DNA of 64,000 nt, taken from IMG/VR virus record IMGVR_UViG_3300042544_003937, positions 1,325 through 65,324 of that record. One strand, written 5' to 3'. The DNA is from a virus (Duplodnaviria; Caudoviricetes). Positions within the stretch are counted from its first letter, which is position 1. The number at the start of each line of letters is the position of its first letter. A model generated the notes under the pieces. It saw nothing but the letters and a program-made list of their open reading frames with translations, searched no databases and was not told the DNA's origin. Below, piece after piece: positions 20,904-31,658 of the stretch. The translations under genes and the position numbers were made by a program.

Positions 20904-21557
20904 ATGGATAAAAAAAATCAATTTGAAACAAGTGTGGTTAAGCCAAGTCTTTCTTTCTTTGAAAAAGAACAAGAATACAGACTAGTCGACTTCTCAACTG
21001 AGATGGCATTAGACTCTAAAATTACTGAAATTGAGAACTTCATGAGAAGTAATCATGGAGAAGGAGAATCAGATGAAGTAAAAGACAGACTATATGCAAA
21101 TGCAATTCAACTTTGGGATGAATATGCTTCAATTCTCAGAAACTGTAAATATACATTCTATCTAAACAAAAAACAATATCAATTCTTAACTGATTTGTTG
21201 ATTGAGAAAATGGATTATGATGTAAACACAGTATTCTTTGCAATCGAATTAACAGATATGTTGGGAACATGGAGAAATGTTGGAACTAACAAAGATGAGA
21301 ATTTCTTACAATCTTATCAAACAAATGCTACAGAAATTACTTATATTTACCACTTAATTTCTAAATATAAAGTAAAAGGTTTAAGTCATGCTTCTTACCG
21401 TTTTGCTGAAGTTCTTAGAAGAATTGGTTCTATTTCAAAAGTTATCGGTTATTACGATACGACCGCGAAAAACCTTTCTAAAGAAATTCAAGACTGGGTT
21501 GCTTCTTTTGACCCTGAGTTGATAACAAATTCAACAACTGAAACACAATCAGCTTAA
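20904..21557 (+). CDS. Hypothetical phage protein
   Basis: 217-aa ORF with an A-rich leader, followed by a terminator. Confidence 0.7.
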   Translation: MDKKNQFETSVVKPSLSFFEKEQEYRLVDFSTEMALDSKITEIENFMRSNHGEGESDEVKDRLYANAIQLWDEYASILRNCKYTFYLNKKQYQFLTDLLIEKMDYDVNTVFFAIELTDMLGTWRNVGTNKDENFLQSYQTNATEITYIYHLISKYKVKGLSHASYRFAEVLRRIGSISKVIGYYDTTAKNLSKEIQDWVASFDPELITNSTTETQSA

Positions 21558-21560
21558 TAA

Positions 21561-21592
21561 AAAAAAATCCTCTCTTTAAGAGAGGATTTTTT
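21561..21592. terminator. Bidirectional intrinsic terminator
   Basis: AAAAAAATCCTCTCTTTAAGAGAGGATTTTTT between convergent genes. Confidence 0.85.
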
Positions 21593-21595
21593 AAT

Positions 21596-24500
21596 TTATG
21601 GGAAAATGATACTTGGTGAATTAGAAAGTTGACTAGGATTTCTACTGGTCTGCACTGAACCCAGTATCGTAACAACCGGACTTTTAATTTGTGTAATCGG
21701 AGTGAATGGTTCAATTTTCTCACCTTCATATCCTGTGAATAAATCATTCAACCCCCTTATTTCATAGTTTTTCTTTTGTGTAAAGATTTGACCATAACCA
21801 TTATCGCTTGTGACCTCAATCACTACGAATGGATCTATATTCGAATCTATCGTAAAATTATATGAGTTCAAATCATTTCTCCATTCTTTTAGGGTCTGAA
21901 CAGGCTCTATTTCGATTTTTCTCCATTCGGTGTTATCCATCCAACTTGCTAAAGAACCATTCGTAGTAATATCAGCAAGTGGTGTTAACAGATTTGAAGA
22001 AGTTCCGGATTGTGAGAAAGAGGATTGAGTGCCGATATATTGATAAATAAACTCGTCATATGCCACAAATTGTCCTAAAAGATAATTTGTTTCTGTTGAC
22101 CAATCTGGTGCGTTTTCGTACTTTCTTGGATTTTTCAATCTGTTTCTACTAATTTTGGATTCCCAGATATCATCAAAATATGAAACCTTGTCTCCGATAT
22201 TATATGTTGTAAATGGATTCCATTCTCTATAGGTCTTATAAGTTCTTATACAAATGTCAAATGAATCTGGTAATTCATCTTCGATGGCGTAATAAAAATC
22301 AACTACACAAGTATAAACTGTACTTCCACTATTTACCGGCATCAAATACGCTTCAGATAAAACAAAATCTATCGGCGTCATAGACTGTCTTACGTTTAAT
22401 ATCTTAACGTCATAATTTCTATGTGTTATTCCGGTTGTGTTAGTCCAGTCCGCTCTACCAGTTATATCTAATATTTTATGTGTAATAGGAATTACCTTTC
22501 TTTGTAGCCAATATTTTAGTCCTTGTAATTTTAAAATTACCTCATTCAGTGAATATTGTAGAACATTATTACCTTCTTTATCGGTAATTTTGAATGTTAG
22601 ATTAAATAAATTAGTCAGTTCAAAATTACTATTTGGTAACAGGTGTTTTATAAAATCGTTTGATTTCCATCCAGCTACACTATTATCAAAAATATCAGGA
22701 ATTTCAACTTTATAAAGTTTGAAAAAGTCTGGAGATGAAATATTGACATTTCTATAATATTCATACAACTCTAAATCATTATATCCAAAATAATTAATCG
22801 CGTTTATAATTGCCTTATATGATCCGACATACGGAAATATGTCATTTCTCACCATCAACATCTCCTTCCTTTTCTTGTTAAGATAAGTCCAATCTATACC
22901 CTGTTCATTTATGTCGTAAGGCTTGAAGATATAAACATCATCCGGGTCAATTAAGTGTCCTGTATTTGAAAGCTCAACTTTATATCTTATGTCTTCTATC
23001 TCGGTTTGTCCATAAACAGTAAACCTACCAATAGTTGCATCTAAAACCGAAATCTTAACACTCAAAAATGTTGTGCTTCCGTTTGTTGGATAATTTTGTA
23101 TAACATTTTTTTCAGTAATCATCAAATCGATAAAATCTACCTGAATTTCTCTTGAACTAATTCTTCTAATTTTAAATGTTCTTCCATTGTTTTGAGAAAG
23201 AAATTTAGTTCTGACATTTGTTATATCGGTAATTGTTACTTGAATCATCTGACCCGGTTTCAATCCTCTTGGAACCCCATTTGCATCGTAGGTGAAAAGA
23301 GAGGTCGAATTCAAATCCAATTTTATTATACCATAGAATTCTCCAGATGTAGTTGTTGTGAATTCTATAATATCATTGTTTGTTAATGTTGGTGTGATTG
23401 TAAATGAAATATCTTCTCTTTTAATCAACAACAGTGTTGATGTTAAAACTCCCTCATCATCACTTCTGAATCCTAAAAAAGTTTGTAAAGGTTCTGGTAC
23501 AAATGTTAAGTCAGTCTCAGAGTCAACATGTACAAGTTCAGTCACAATCTCATCAAAGATAGTTTGTTGGTATTCAGGTAAGGAAACTTTTGTAATATCT
23601 CTATTAGGATTTCTATTTAATGTCACTAAATCCAATGGTTTGGCTCCCGTATAAGCATAAGAACCTGATATAGGAAGTTGGTCACCACTAAAATCAAAAA
23701 GAAACATTTGCGGATACTCATCAGTCTCCCATTTCCATAAATATTTAACAAATGGTTCATCATTATAATTCTCTCTAGGTTTTCTCAAATATTCTCTCGT
23801 ATTCAACCACAAGTCTGGATGTGGAATATAGTCCGGACCTAACGTTCCAAGTTGATTGTTATAATTATTTGAGAATGTTGCTAATAACTGCTCATAAACA
23901 TCAGCAAGAACAACAGAAATTTCAACAAGTGTATTTGTTCCGGGTTGAATTCCAAACATAGAATTTCTCTCAGGATCAAATATCATCTTCGATACTGGAC
24001 TATTAACAGTCTGAGCCCTCACAACATTTGAATTCTGTTTATCGAGTATAAAAACAACTGGATTAGTTATTGATGGTAAATATGTATTTTCGTCATAATT
24101 ACTTACAGCTAAGTTACCATAGTTGGTCGTTGTGAAAGTGTTGGTCAAAGTATTAGATAATGTAATCTGTGATAGCTTCGTATTTTGTGAAACTACAAAA
24201 ACCCCAGAGTTATGATTATATGCAATGCTTTTAAAACTTGACGTTCCTGAAAAAACCGGAACAGTGATATTATTATTAATATTTTTTAATCCAACTGAGT
24301 CGAAATAATAAACGGAAGAATTTATAGAATCATAAAATAATTCTGGATTCAATCCAGTGATTGAATAAGTTGCAAAAACTGTTCTTCCGGTCAAATCTAT
24401 TCTCAATAGATTATTGTCATCTTGACTAAGATAAATATCATTTTCACTTGGGTTGTAAACTAATCCTTTCCCAAATCCAGAAAGATTTATTGTTTTGGAT

Positions 24501-27355
24501 GGAACTGAAGTAAAGTTGTTGAAATACCAAATATCCACTATTTGAGCATTGTCATAGGTAACAAAAACATCTCCATTAGAATCACCAATCTCAATACTAT
24601 TTGCGTCTGAACTTAATGTTATTGAATAAACTAAATCATTTATAACCGGATCGATCACATATAATTTATTTTTCGTTAAACAATACAAATAATTGTTGAA
24701 ACTATTCCATTTGAAAATTTTCGATGTTGCGGTTGATAAACCAGGTAAAGTTATTGTTTTTAATAGTAGAGTAGAACTTGCATCAACCACACTAATCGAG
24801 TCTCCCAAAATATACATTGATCCGGAAATTCTCAAATAAATTATATCTACAATATTTGAATTGCCAGGTAGAAGATAGTTGAGAAATGAATATGTATTTA
24901 ATGTTAAATTCGTCAAACTGAACGACTGTGTGAATTGTTGTAAATTAAAATTACCACCAATTGAAGCAGTTGGAACAATTACTGGAACACATCCTGTTGC
25001 TCCGAACCCTGTGTTGAACGCAATTGTAACATATGGTGACACATCGCATCTTGGGTCGGTTGTTCCCCAGAAAGGACCTTCATAACTCAAAACTAAGTGA
25101 TATGGTCCTAGATATAAAATATTGTATTCTTGATTATTATAGGGATAAGAAGTATTGTTGATTGTAACAATTTGACCAGTAGCAAAAGGATTATCCTCAA
25201 ATGAAGGAGTACCACCATCTGGTAAAACTATTGCATTAGAAGTCATAAGTGCTCCAAATTTACCCAACATCTTTCTTTCCACTTTGAATAAATCTAGTCC
25301 GGGTAAACTTGATTTACCAACGCTTATTACATAATCTACTCTTTGATTTTGTCTTTTGACTCTAAATTCTAATTTTTGATTTACATTAGATACATAAATG
25401 CCCCAATCGTCTAATTCTGTTGAATACTCATTTACCCAATTTTCTAAAGCTTCTACAATATTTGCTGTTCCACCAATCACATTTACTGGTTGTCCATAAC
25501 TTCTATCATTGATTGTTAGGTTGAGATAATTAGACATGTCATAGAAAATTATGTCAGAATGTTGGATATAATAGTCTGCGGTTGTTCCTACTTTAACTTC
25601 AAATTGAAGAGGAACATTTGGATATTCAGTGCTTAAGTTTATTGAATTATAATAGATTGAACTCGCTCCTCCAACATATTGTAGTGTTGAAAAAATTCCG
25701 AGTGAAACGAGTCTTGTGTAGTGTTCGGATAGCCAATTTCTAAGAGTTCTATCAATGGTTCTTGGTAAATCGACTGATAGACCAACATAAATAAAATCTA
25801 TCTGCTCTTCATATTCCTGTCCATTGATTCTTATTTTCAAACCATATTCGTCCAAATCTGTGAATACTATGTTATAACTGAAATTTTCACAGATATCTTC
25901 ATTAACTTCTGGTTTCAATTCCTCTAACACACCTACATTTTGTTCGTAGATTATTTTTGAAGATCCGGAGCTAACTGTTCCGAAGTTTGTTGTGTTAGAT
26001 TGTGTGAAAAGATAATAATTTACAATTGCATATGGGCTCGGATAAACGAGGTCAGCATAAAGAATTGAGTTTTCCAAATAAAAGTCCACATTGAAGAACG
26101 CCAAATCAGCTGCATATGTCTCAACAGCTGAACCCATAGTTGTAAGAGAACTTTGTGTGAAGTTTGTAATATAGTATAACTTATTAGTTGTTAAATGAAT
26201 TTCTGTCAAGATAAATGTTTCATTTATCAATTGAGTGTTAACTGTTAAATAAGTTGGTTCTCCCCAAAGACTTGTATTATCTGGTGTTGGTAGATTAAAT
26301 GGATCGTAATTGCTACTATCTGGTGACCAAGTAAATGATTGAATAGTTTCATATATTCTATTTTGCCATATTACTTGAGAACCAGTTGCGAAAAAAGTTT
26401 CATTCGATAGACTTCTATAATTTGGAATTGGTTCAATTCTAACCGGATTCGTATTCTGTGTTGACTGAGCTAGAACAATTTCTGTTCCTGGTTTTAACGT
26501 AAGTGGTATAGTATCACTAAAATTTATTTTATTGCCAACTATATCCAAACCACCTATATATGCAACAGGAAGATCAGTTTTTAAAATTAATTCAACTGCC
26601 AAATTCTGACTTTGTGTGAATTGATTTAGATTCAATTCATATCTCGAATATGCTTTATCGTAAACATCAATATTGTTGATTGTGTAGATACCATCATTTT
26701 TCTCTGTGTTTACGATATTTATTTTTCTACCATTAAAATATCTGTCATAAAAATCTGGTTCGGACCAATCACTAAGAAGAGGATTTAATTGTGTATCAAC
26801 ATAATTATAAACGCCAATTGAGTTCAAACCACTTATTTTGATGTTTGTATAAGAACTTGTAAGACCGAGTTGAGCGCCATAAAGACTTATAAATCTTCTG
26901 TTGTCAACTGAAGTAATAATCAAAATTGCATTCTTCTTTGTTTGTATAACTGTATAAGAAAGATTTGAAGTACTGAATTCGAAAATTGGATTTTCGAAAT
27001 ATACCTGACTACCGATTGGAAATTTTTTCTCAAAATCTTTACCATAGACCCATTTTGAGAAAAATGTAGGATCAGTATTCACTGGTTCAATCTTGATTAC
27101 CTCTTCCTCTGAATATGGACTACCTGTATAGTTGAATCTATATTCGTTGAACAATTGAAATTTCTGTAATTTTAAGACACCAGGATTTTCATATTCAAAA
27201 GCTTCGACTCTTTCGAACATATATATACCAATTGTTTTGAAAGTGTCATTTCCATTTTCATGAAAGATTAAGTTTCCTTCCCATCTTTCGTCACCAGGTC
27301 TCCACCTGAAATTATAATTATCACCTTCTTTATTAAAGAATACTAATGATTGCAT
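21596..27355 (-). CDS. Very large baseplate wedge-type structural protein
   Basis: 1919 aa; VGSYKAIINAINYFGY motif resembles the wedge/gpI-type KGT motif; beta-propeller-like middle; W.P...Y..GD.V.Y carbohydrate-binding-like repeats near the C-terminus. Confidence 0.6.
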   Translation of the reverse strand: MQSLVFFNKEGDNYNFRWRPGDERWEGNLIFHENGNDTFKTIGIYMFERVEAFEYENPGVLKLQKFQLFNEYRFNYTGSPYSEEEVIKIEPVNTDPTFFSKWVYGKDFEKKFPIGSQVYFENPIFEFSTSNLSYTVIQTKKNAILIITSVDNRRFISLYGAQLGLTSSYTNIKISGLNSIGVYNYVDTQLNPLLSDWSEPDFYDRYFNGRKINIVNTEKNDGIYTINNIDVYDKAYSRYELNLNQFTQSQNLAVELILKTDLPVAYIGGLDIVGNKINFSDTIPLTLKPGTEIVLAQSTQNTNPVRIEPIPNYRSLSNETFFATGSQVIWQNRIYETIQSFTWSPDSSNYDPFNLPTPDNTSLWGEPTYLTVNTQLINETFILTEIHLTTNKLYYITNFTQSSLTTMGSAVETYAADLAFFNVDFYLENSILYADLVYPSPYAIVNYYLFTQSNTTNFGTVSSGSSKIIYEQNVGVLEELKPEVNEDICENFSYNIVFTDLDEYGLKIRINGQEYEEQIDFIYVGLSVDLPRTIDRTLRNWLSEHYTRLVSLGIFSTLQYVGGASSIYYNSINLSTEYPNVPLQFEVKVGTTADYYIQHSDIIFYDMSNYLNLTINDRSYGQPVNVIGGTANIVEALENWVNEYSTELDDWGIYVSNVNQKLEFRVKRQNQRVDYVISVGKSSLPGLDLFKVERKMLGKFGALMTSNAIVLPDGGTPSFEDNPFATGQIVTINNTSYPYNNQEYNILYLGPYHLVLSYEGPFWGTTDPRCDVSPYVTIAFNTGFGATGCVPVIVPTASIGGNFNLQQFTQSFSLTNLTLNTYSFLNYLLPGNSNIVDIIYLRISGSMYILGDSISVVDASSTLLLKTITLPGLSTATSKIFKWNSFNNYLYCLTKNKLYVIDPVINDLVYSITLSSDANSIEIGDSNGDVFVTYDNAQIVDIWYFNNFTSVPSKTINLSGFGKGLVYNPSENDIYLSQDDNNLLRIDLTGRTVFATYSITGLNPELFYDSINSSVYYFDSVGLKNINNNITVPVFSGTSSFKSIAYNHNSGVFVVSQNTKLSQITLSNTLTNTFTTTNYGNLAVSNYDENTYLPSITNPVVFILDKQNSNVVRAQTVNSPVSKMIFDPERNSMFGIQPGTNTLVEISVVLADVYEQLLATFSNNYNNQLGTLGPDYIPHPDLWLNTREYLRKPRENYNDEPFVKYLWKWETDEYPQMFLFDFSGDQLPISGSYAYTGAKPLDLVTLNRNPNRDITKVSLPEYQQTIFDEIVTELVHVDSETDLTFVPEPLQTFLGFRSDDEGVLTSTLLLIKREDISFTITPTLTNNDIIEFTTTTSGEFYGIIKLDLNSTSLFTYDANGVPRGLKPGQMIQVTITDITNVRTKFLSQNNGRTFKIRRISSREIQVDFIDLMITEKNVIQNYPTNGSTTFLSVKISVLDATIGRFTVYGQTEIEDIRYKVELSNTGHLIDPDDVYIFKPYDINEQGIDWTYLNKKRKEMLMVRNDIFPYVGSYKAIINAINYFGYNDLELYEYYRNVNISSPDFFKLYKVEIPDIFDNSVAGWKSNDFIKHLLPNSNFELTNLFNLTFKITDKEGNNVLQYSLNEVILKLQGLKYWLQRKVIPITHKILDITGRADWTNTTGITHRNYDVKILNVRQSMTPIDFVLSEAYLMPVNSGSTVYTCVVDFYYAIEDELPDSFDICIRTYKTYREWNPFTTYNIGDKVSYFDDIWESKISRNRLKNPRKYENAPDWSTETNYLLGQFVAYDEFIYQYIGTQSSFSQSGTSSNLLTPLADITTNGSLASWMDNTEWRKIEIEPVQTLKEWRNDLNSYNFTIDSNIDPFVVIEVTSDNGYGQIFTQKKNYEIRGLNDLFTGYEGEKIEPFTPITQIKSPVVTILGSVQTSRNPSQLSNSPSIIFP

Positions 27356-27448
27356 TTATTCTTAAAAACTTTTAATTATATATTAAAAATTGAGTTTACT
27401 TTCAGCATTTATTTTTTAATATATAAGAATAATATAATTTTTTAAAAT

Positions 27449-28033
27449 ATGAAAAAAATAGAACTGTTTGATGATTTTACGCCAATAAGTGAGAATCTGA
27501 AATATCATGTAGATAACAATGTTTCTATCTCTGAATCTATATTTAGACCCTACTCGAAGTCTTTTTATAATTTGATGATGGAGGCTCGTAACCTTTGGGA
27601 TAGCGGCAAAATCAAATTAAATGGTTTAGACGAAGAGTTATTTTCCGAAACTGATTTAGGTCAGTTCGCATATTATAACGGTGAGTTAGTTCCACTAGAT
27701 TTACCAATGTTAGCAATTGATGAAATAAATGAAGCTGAATATAGAGGTAGAAAAGTCAAAATCAATAAACCAATGCGCAGTTCAGGACCCAAAAAATACA
27801 AAGTTTATGTGATGAATCCAAAAACAGATAGAGTGAAAGTGGTTCATTTCGGAGATAAAAAGGGTGGTTTAACTACAAAGGCATCAAGTCCTGGTGCTAG
27901 AAAAAGTTTTGCAGCGAGACATAGATGTGCTGAAAAGGTCGGAAAACCTGGAGCTAAATTGACGCCTGGTTACTGGTCATGTGTTCTCCCTAGATATGGA
28001 TTGTTGAAAGGTCGTACTTCCGGTTATTGGTAA
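27449..28033 (+). CDS. Conserved phage protein (ARKSFAARHRC...GYWSC), N-terminal tag MKKIELFDDF
   Basis: Basic C-terminal domain; INEAE possible prohead-protease site. Confidence 0.7.
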   Translation: MKKIELFDDFTPISENLKYHVDNNVSISESIFRPYSKSFYNLMMEARNLWDSGKIKLNGLDEELFSETDLGQFAYYNGELVPLDLPMLAIDEINEAEYRGRKVKINKPMRSSGPKKYKVYVMNPKTDRVKVVHFGDKKGGLTTKASSPGARKSFAARHRCAEKVGKPGAKLTPGYWSCVLPRYGLLKGRTSGYW

Positions 28034-28047
28034 AATATAAAAAAGAT

Positions 28048-28311
28048 ATGGAATTACCATTTAAAGAACAAAAGATAGAAGAAAATATCTACATAAGAGA
28101 ATTTAGTCAAGATACTGATTCCTCAGATTTTTTATGGCATCGTGATGGTGAGGATAGAATAATTGAACCTCTTGAAGAAACAGATTGGTTATTTCAATTA
28201 GATGATGAGTTACCTAAAAAGATAGAAGATCAGATTTTTATACCAAAAGAAATATTCCATAGAATAATAAAAGGTAGAGGAGATTTAAAAATAAAACTAA
28301 TTAAATTATAA
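28048..28311 (+). CDS. Small cupin-like protein
   Basis: WHRD.EDR...W.FQ.D.ELP...IPK...HR.IKG cupin-like motifs; ATG at 28048 preferred. Confidence 0.65.
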   Translation: MELPFKEQKIEENIYIREFSQDTDSSDFLWHRDGEDRIIEPLEETDWLFQLDDELPKKIEDQIFIPKEIFHRIIKGRGDLKIKLIKL

Positions 28312-28356
28312 TAATTCTAATTTAATATATAGATTTATTAAAAAAATATTAAAGAT

Positions 28357-28917
28357 ATGCAAATCAAAAAATTTATCAAAGAACAATCTGAAAATAAAGA
28401 TATTCAGACTACTAAGTCTAACGGATTAGTATCATTAAAAACATTACCAGAGCAAGTAATTTCAATTTTAAATGAAAGAATTGGTGATGAATATACAGCT
28501 TACTATTTTTATAGAAATGCTGCTAACTGGTGTAAAGATAAAAACTACAAAAAAGCTACTCAATTTTTCGAATCAGAAGCTGCTGGTGAATTAGAACACT
28601 CAAAAGGTCTTCAAGATTATTTAACTCAATGGAATACAATCCCGACAATACCTCAAGTAGAAACTGTTCAAGAATTTGCATCTTTAGTTGACATTATAAA
28701 TAAAGCTTATGTGTTAGAATATAATTTATTGATGAAATATTCAAAAGATCAACAATCATTTTTGGGTGTGCATCCAGCAACATTTAATTTTGTTCAGAAA
28801 TATGTTGACATTCAAAACGGAGAAGTATCTGAATATTCAGATTACATAAATGCCTTGAATTTGATTGATCATAATGATAAATTCCAAGTTTTATACTTTG
28901 AACAAAATTATTTCTAA
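28357..28917 (+). CDS. Ferritin-like protein
   Basis: LNERIGDEYTAYYFY, FFESEAAGELEHS and YVDIQNGEVSE ferroxidase-type four-helix motifs. Confidence 0.85.
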   Translation: MQIKKFIKEQSENKDIQTTKSNGLVSLKTLPEQVISILNERIGDEYTAYYFYRNAANWCKDKNYKKATQFFESEAAGELEHSKGLQDYLTQWNTIPTIPQVETVQEFASLVDIINKAYVLEYNLLMKYSKDQQSFLGVHPATFNFVQKYVDIQNGEVSEYSDYINALNLIDHNDKFQVLYFEQNYF

Positions 28918-28920
28918 TAT

Positions 28921-29478
28921 ATGAAATATCTAAAACTTTTTGAAAACTTTATAAATGATGATAATAATATAGAAAAGAAATTATCAGAAATTAAAAATAG
29001 TTTGCCTGTTGGAGTAGATTTCAATTGGGAAATGCAAGCCGAGGAAATAAATCAATCAAAAAAAGGCAATCTTTTTATTAGTCTTTATAAAAATGAACTC
29101 GAACTAAACTTACAGTGGAATATCGACTTGAATAATCTACAAATTCAATTTATTGCCGAAGGTACTGACGAATATGGTGAAAATGTTTCTGAAAAATCTT
29201 ATAAAATTAAAATAAATAGTATAGACGAAGCCTTAGAACTCGTTAAGCAAAACATAGATGAATGTCTTGGTTTGGAAATAAAAAATGAGAGAATAGAATT
29301 ATTTCTCGAAAAGAATGTAGCAAAAGACCAGTCACTTTGGTCTTCTTGTAAAGCTTGGGCAAAAGAAAGATATGATGTTTGGCCTTCAGCTTATGCTTGT
29401 GGAGCTGCCGCTAAGAGATATAAAGCTAAAGGTGGAAAATGGAGAAAGGCTAAGAAGAGAAAAAATAAAAGAAGATAA
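28921..29478 (+). CDS. Phage protein with MKYLKLFENF tag and basic WPSAYA domain
   Basis: C-terminus AKERYDVWPSAYA...YKAKGGKW (DUF5872-like). Confidence 0.7.
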   Translation: MKYLKLFENFINDDNNIEKKLSEIKNSLPVGVDFNWEMQAEEINQSKKGNLFISLYKNELELNLQWNIDLNNLQIQFIAEGTDEYGENVSEKSYKIKINSIDEALELVKQNIDECLGLEIKNERIELFLEKNVAKDQSLWSSCKAWAKERYDVWPSAYACGAAAKRYKAKGGKWRKAKKRKNKRR

Positions 29479-29481
29479 ATC

Positions 29482-29805
29482 ATGGCTAAAATCAAAAAGT
29501 TTGATGAATATTGTGAGGAAATCAACGAAAAGAAAAAATCAAAAAAACCTTATGCGGGCACCAAGGGTGGTCTCGATAAATGGTTTAAAGAAAAGTGGGT
29601 TGATATTTCTAAAACTAATCCAGATGGAAGTCACCCGCCTTGTGGTAGAGATGACGCTTCCAAAGGTGGATATCCTAAGTGTAGAAAAGTAAGAGTAGCT
29701 GCCAAAATGACTAAGAAATCGAAGAAGGCTTCTGTTGCGAGAAAACGATCTGTTGAGAAAAAAGGAGGAAAAGGTTCAGGTAGAAAACCAAATTATTCTA
29801 GATAA
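29482..29805 (+). CDS. Basic phage protein (GGLDKWFKEKWVDI...CGR...YPKC)
   Basis: Lys-rich, 107 aa; N-terminus MAKIKKFDEY. Confidence 0.7.
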   Translation: MAKIKKFDEYCEEINEKKKSKKPYAGTKGGLDKWFKEKWVDISKTNPDGSHPPCGRDDASKGGYPKCRKVRVAAKMTKKSKKASVARKRSVEKKGGKGSGRKPNYSR

Positions 29806-30455
29806 ATCTTTTTAGAAACCTCTATACAAGCTAAAATATCTTTTTCACAATAATCTTTAATTGATTCTAATTTATCACTCCAATAATAACTATGAACTTG
29901 AGAACCGTTCATAGTTTTTTTTGGTGATTCTATATCTAACTCATAACACATCTCCTCAAAAGATGGTGACCAAGCAAACTTACCTTTCCAATCTTCAAAC
30001 ATATCAACTATTCTCATTTCCCAAGGTTTTTTACTGTAGGGTAAAATGATATTGGCTGGTTTTATTCCATATTTGTGTAACTTGTGTAATATCCAGGGAA
30101 TATCAAAATGTGATATTCTAAAACCCGAAAGATTGAAATTTTTTGTTTCAATCTTTTTTAATAGGTCATTAAAATTTTCAACAATTTCTCTTTCATCTTT
30201 ACCATAAAAAGATTTTATTTGATAGTTGCCTGTATTAGCAATAAATCCAAATGATATACAGCAGATTTTACCGAATGCTGAAATGATACTTGAATTATCG
30301 AGATAAGCTTCTTCTATATTGGAATATTTTTCAGACCAACACATTTTTTCAAATTTATTTTCAAAAAGTTTAGATCCTCTTTCATCTTCTATTTTGAAGG
30401 TTTGAAAGTCTGGATAAGAACCGCAAGTCTCAATGTCGAAAAAGAATAAATCCAT
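29793..30455 (-). CDS. DEDDy 3'-5' exonuclease related to the PolB proofreading domain
   Basis: FFDIET (ExoI), GFRISHFDIPW (ExoII), YCEKDI (ExoIII). Confidence 0.85.
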   Translation of the reverse strand: MDLFFFDIETCGSYPDFQTFKIEDERGSKLFENKFEKMCWSEKYSNIEEAYLDNSSIISAFGKICCISFGFIANTGNYQIKSFYGKDEREIVENFNDLLKKIETKNFNLSGFRISHFDIPWILHKLHKYGIKPANIILPYSKKPWEMRIVDMFEDWKGKFAWSPSFEEMCYELDIESPKKTMNGSQVHSYYWSDKLESIKDYCEKDILACIEVSKKIYLE

Positions 30456-30458
30456 TTT

Positions 30459-31589
30459 TTAATTTTCTATGTGTTTGAAATTCTGATTATAAACATCTAT
30501 TATTTTTCCAAATTCATCTAAAATACCTGATTTTATTTTATCTGAATTGTATTTTTGATTATTGATATATTCTTTTATTATTTCACCAAACTCAAGTTGA
30601 ATACTCGGAATCACACCACTCTTCAATTCTTCTTCTGTGATTTCATCAGTTACTGTTTTTACATCTGCACTTTCTGTTACTATATCATCTAAATATTCAA
30701 CTGAAGCGAAGTTTCCAGTTTCAAGAATCATCTCTAACTTTCTTCTAAATTTCCTGTTGTTGATTAGAAGTGAATTTGATATTTTTAAATCAATAAAATC
30801 CTTTGTTGAAATTGTATCAAGTGTTAGTATGTCTTCTTCGTTTTTAATCCAAACTTTTTTGAATTTAGGTGAAATATCATTTGGTATAAACTCTTCTGAG
30901 TTATCAATGGTGTCTAAAATATAGATTCCTTTTTGGTTACCTAAATCATTTCTATCCATTTCAAATGTCGATCCTACAAAAGTGAAGTTTTTATTAACTT
31001 GTTGTAGATGAATATGCCCGGAGAAGACTTTTTTGAACCCAGAAAACTCTTCAATTCCTATTTTATCATTATTTTTATGTGCAACAGAAGTCAAGTGCAT
31101 TTTTGCGCCATTCAAATCAGAATGACAGAAAAGAAAGTCACATCCGGTGAATTTTTTCATCATCTCAATTTGTTGTTTCTTTTTTTCAATAAAAGGTAGC
31201 ATCAAAATTGACTTATCATTGAAATGTATTTTTGTAGGTTCTTCATAGATATGAACATTCGGTATATATTTGAATGGTCTTAAAGTGTTAATTTCACTTG
31301 AACTTTTGTGCCAACAATCATGGTTTCCAACTAAAATGTGTAGAGGTGCAATATTAGAAATATCTTCAATCACCTTCATTCCAAAATTAAGAATGTTGAT
31401 TGGTAAGATATTTCTATTATCAAAGAAATCACCTAAATGTATTATAATATCACCTTCTCTAACTTCTTTTTTTAAAAGAGGTAACAGAAATTCTGAAAAA
31501 TATTGTTCGTGTATATTAAACCATTTATCTACTGAATTAGGATATCCAAGTCCAACATGACTATCGCCGATCAAGAAAATTTTACTCAT
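30459..31589 (-). CDS. Recombination endonuclease subunit (T4 gp47, Mre11/SbcD-like)
   Basis: Metallophosphoesterase motifs GDSH, GDFFDNR, GNHD, CHSD, SGHIH; start set at MSKIFLIGD (31589). Confidence 0.9.
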   Translation of the reverse strand: MSKIFLIGDSHVGLGYPNSVDKWFNIHEQYFSEFLLPLLKKEVREGDIIIHLGDFFDNRNILPINILNFGMKVIEDISNIAPLHILVGNHDCWHKSSSEINTLRPFKYIPNVHIYEEPTKIHFNDKSILMLPFIEKKKQQIEMMKKFTGCDFLFCHSDLNGAKMHLTSVAHKNNDKIGIEEFSGFKKVFSGHIHLQQVNKNFTFVGSTFEMDRNDLGNQKGIYILDTIDNSEEFIPNDISPKFKKVWIKNEEDILTLDTISTKDFIDLKISNSLLINNRKFRRKLEMILETGNFASVEYLDDIVTESADVKTVTDEITEEELKSGVIPSIQLEFGEIIKEYINNQKYNSDKIKSGILDEFGKIIDVYNQNFKHIEN

Positions 31590-31658
31590 AATGATATTTT
31601 TAAAATTTAATATATATAGTATAGAAAAATTAAATAGTTGAACTCTAATAATTAATAG

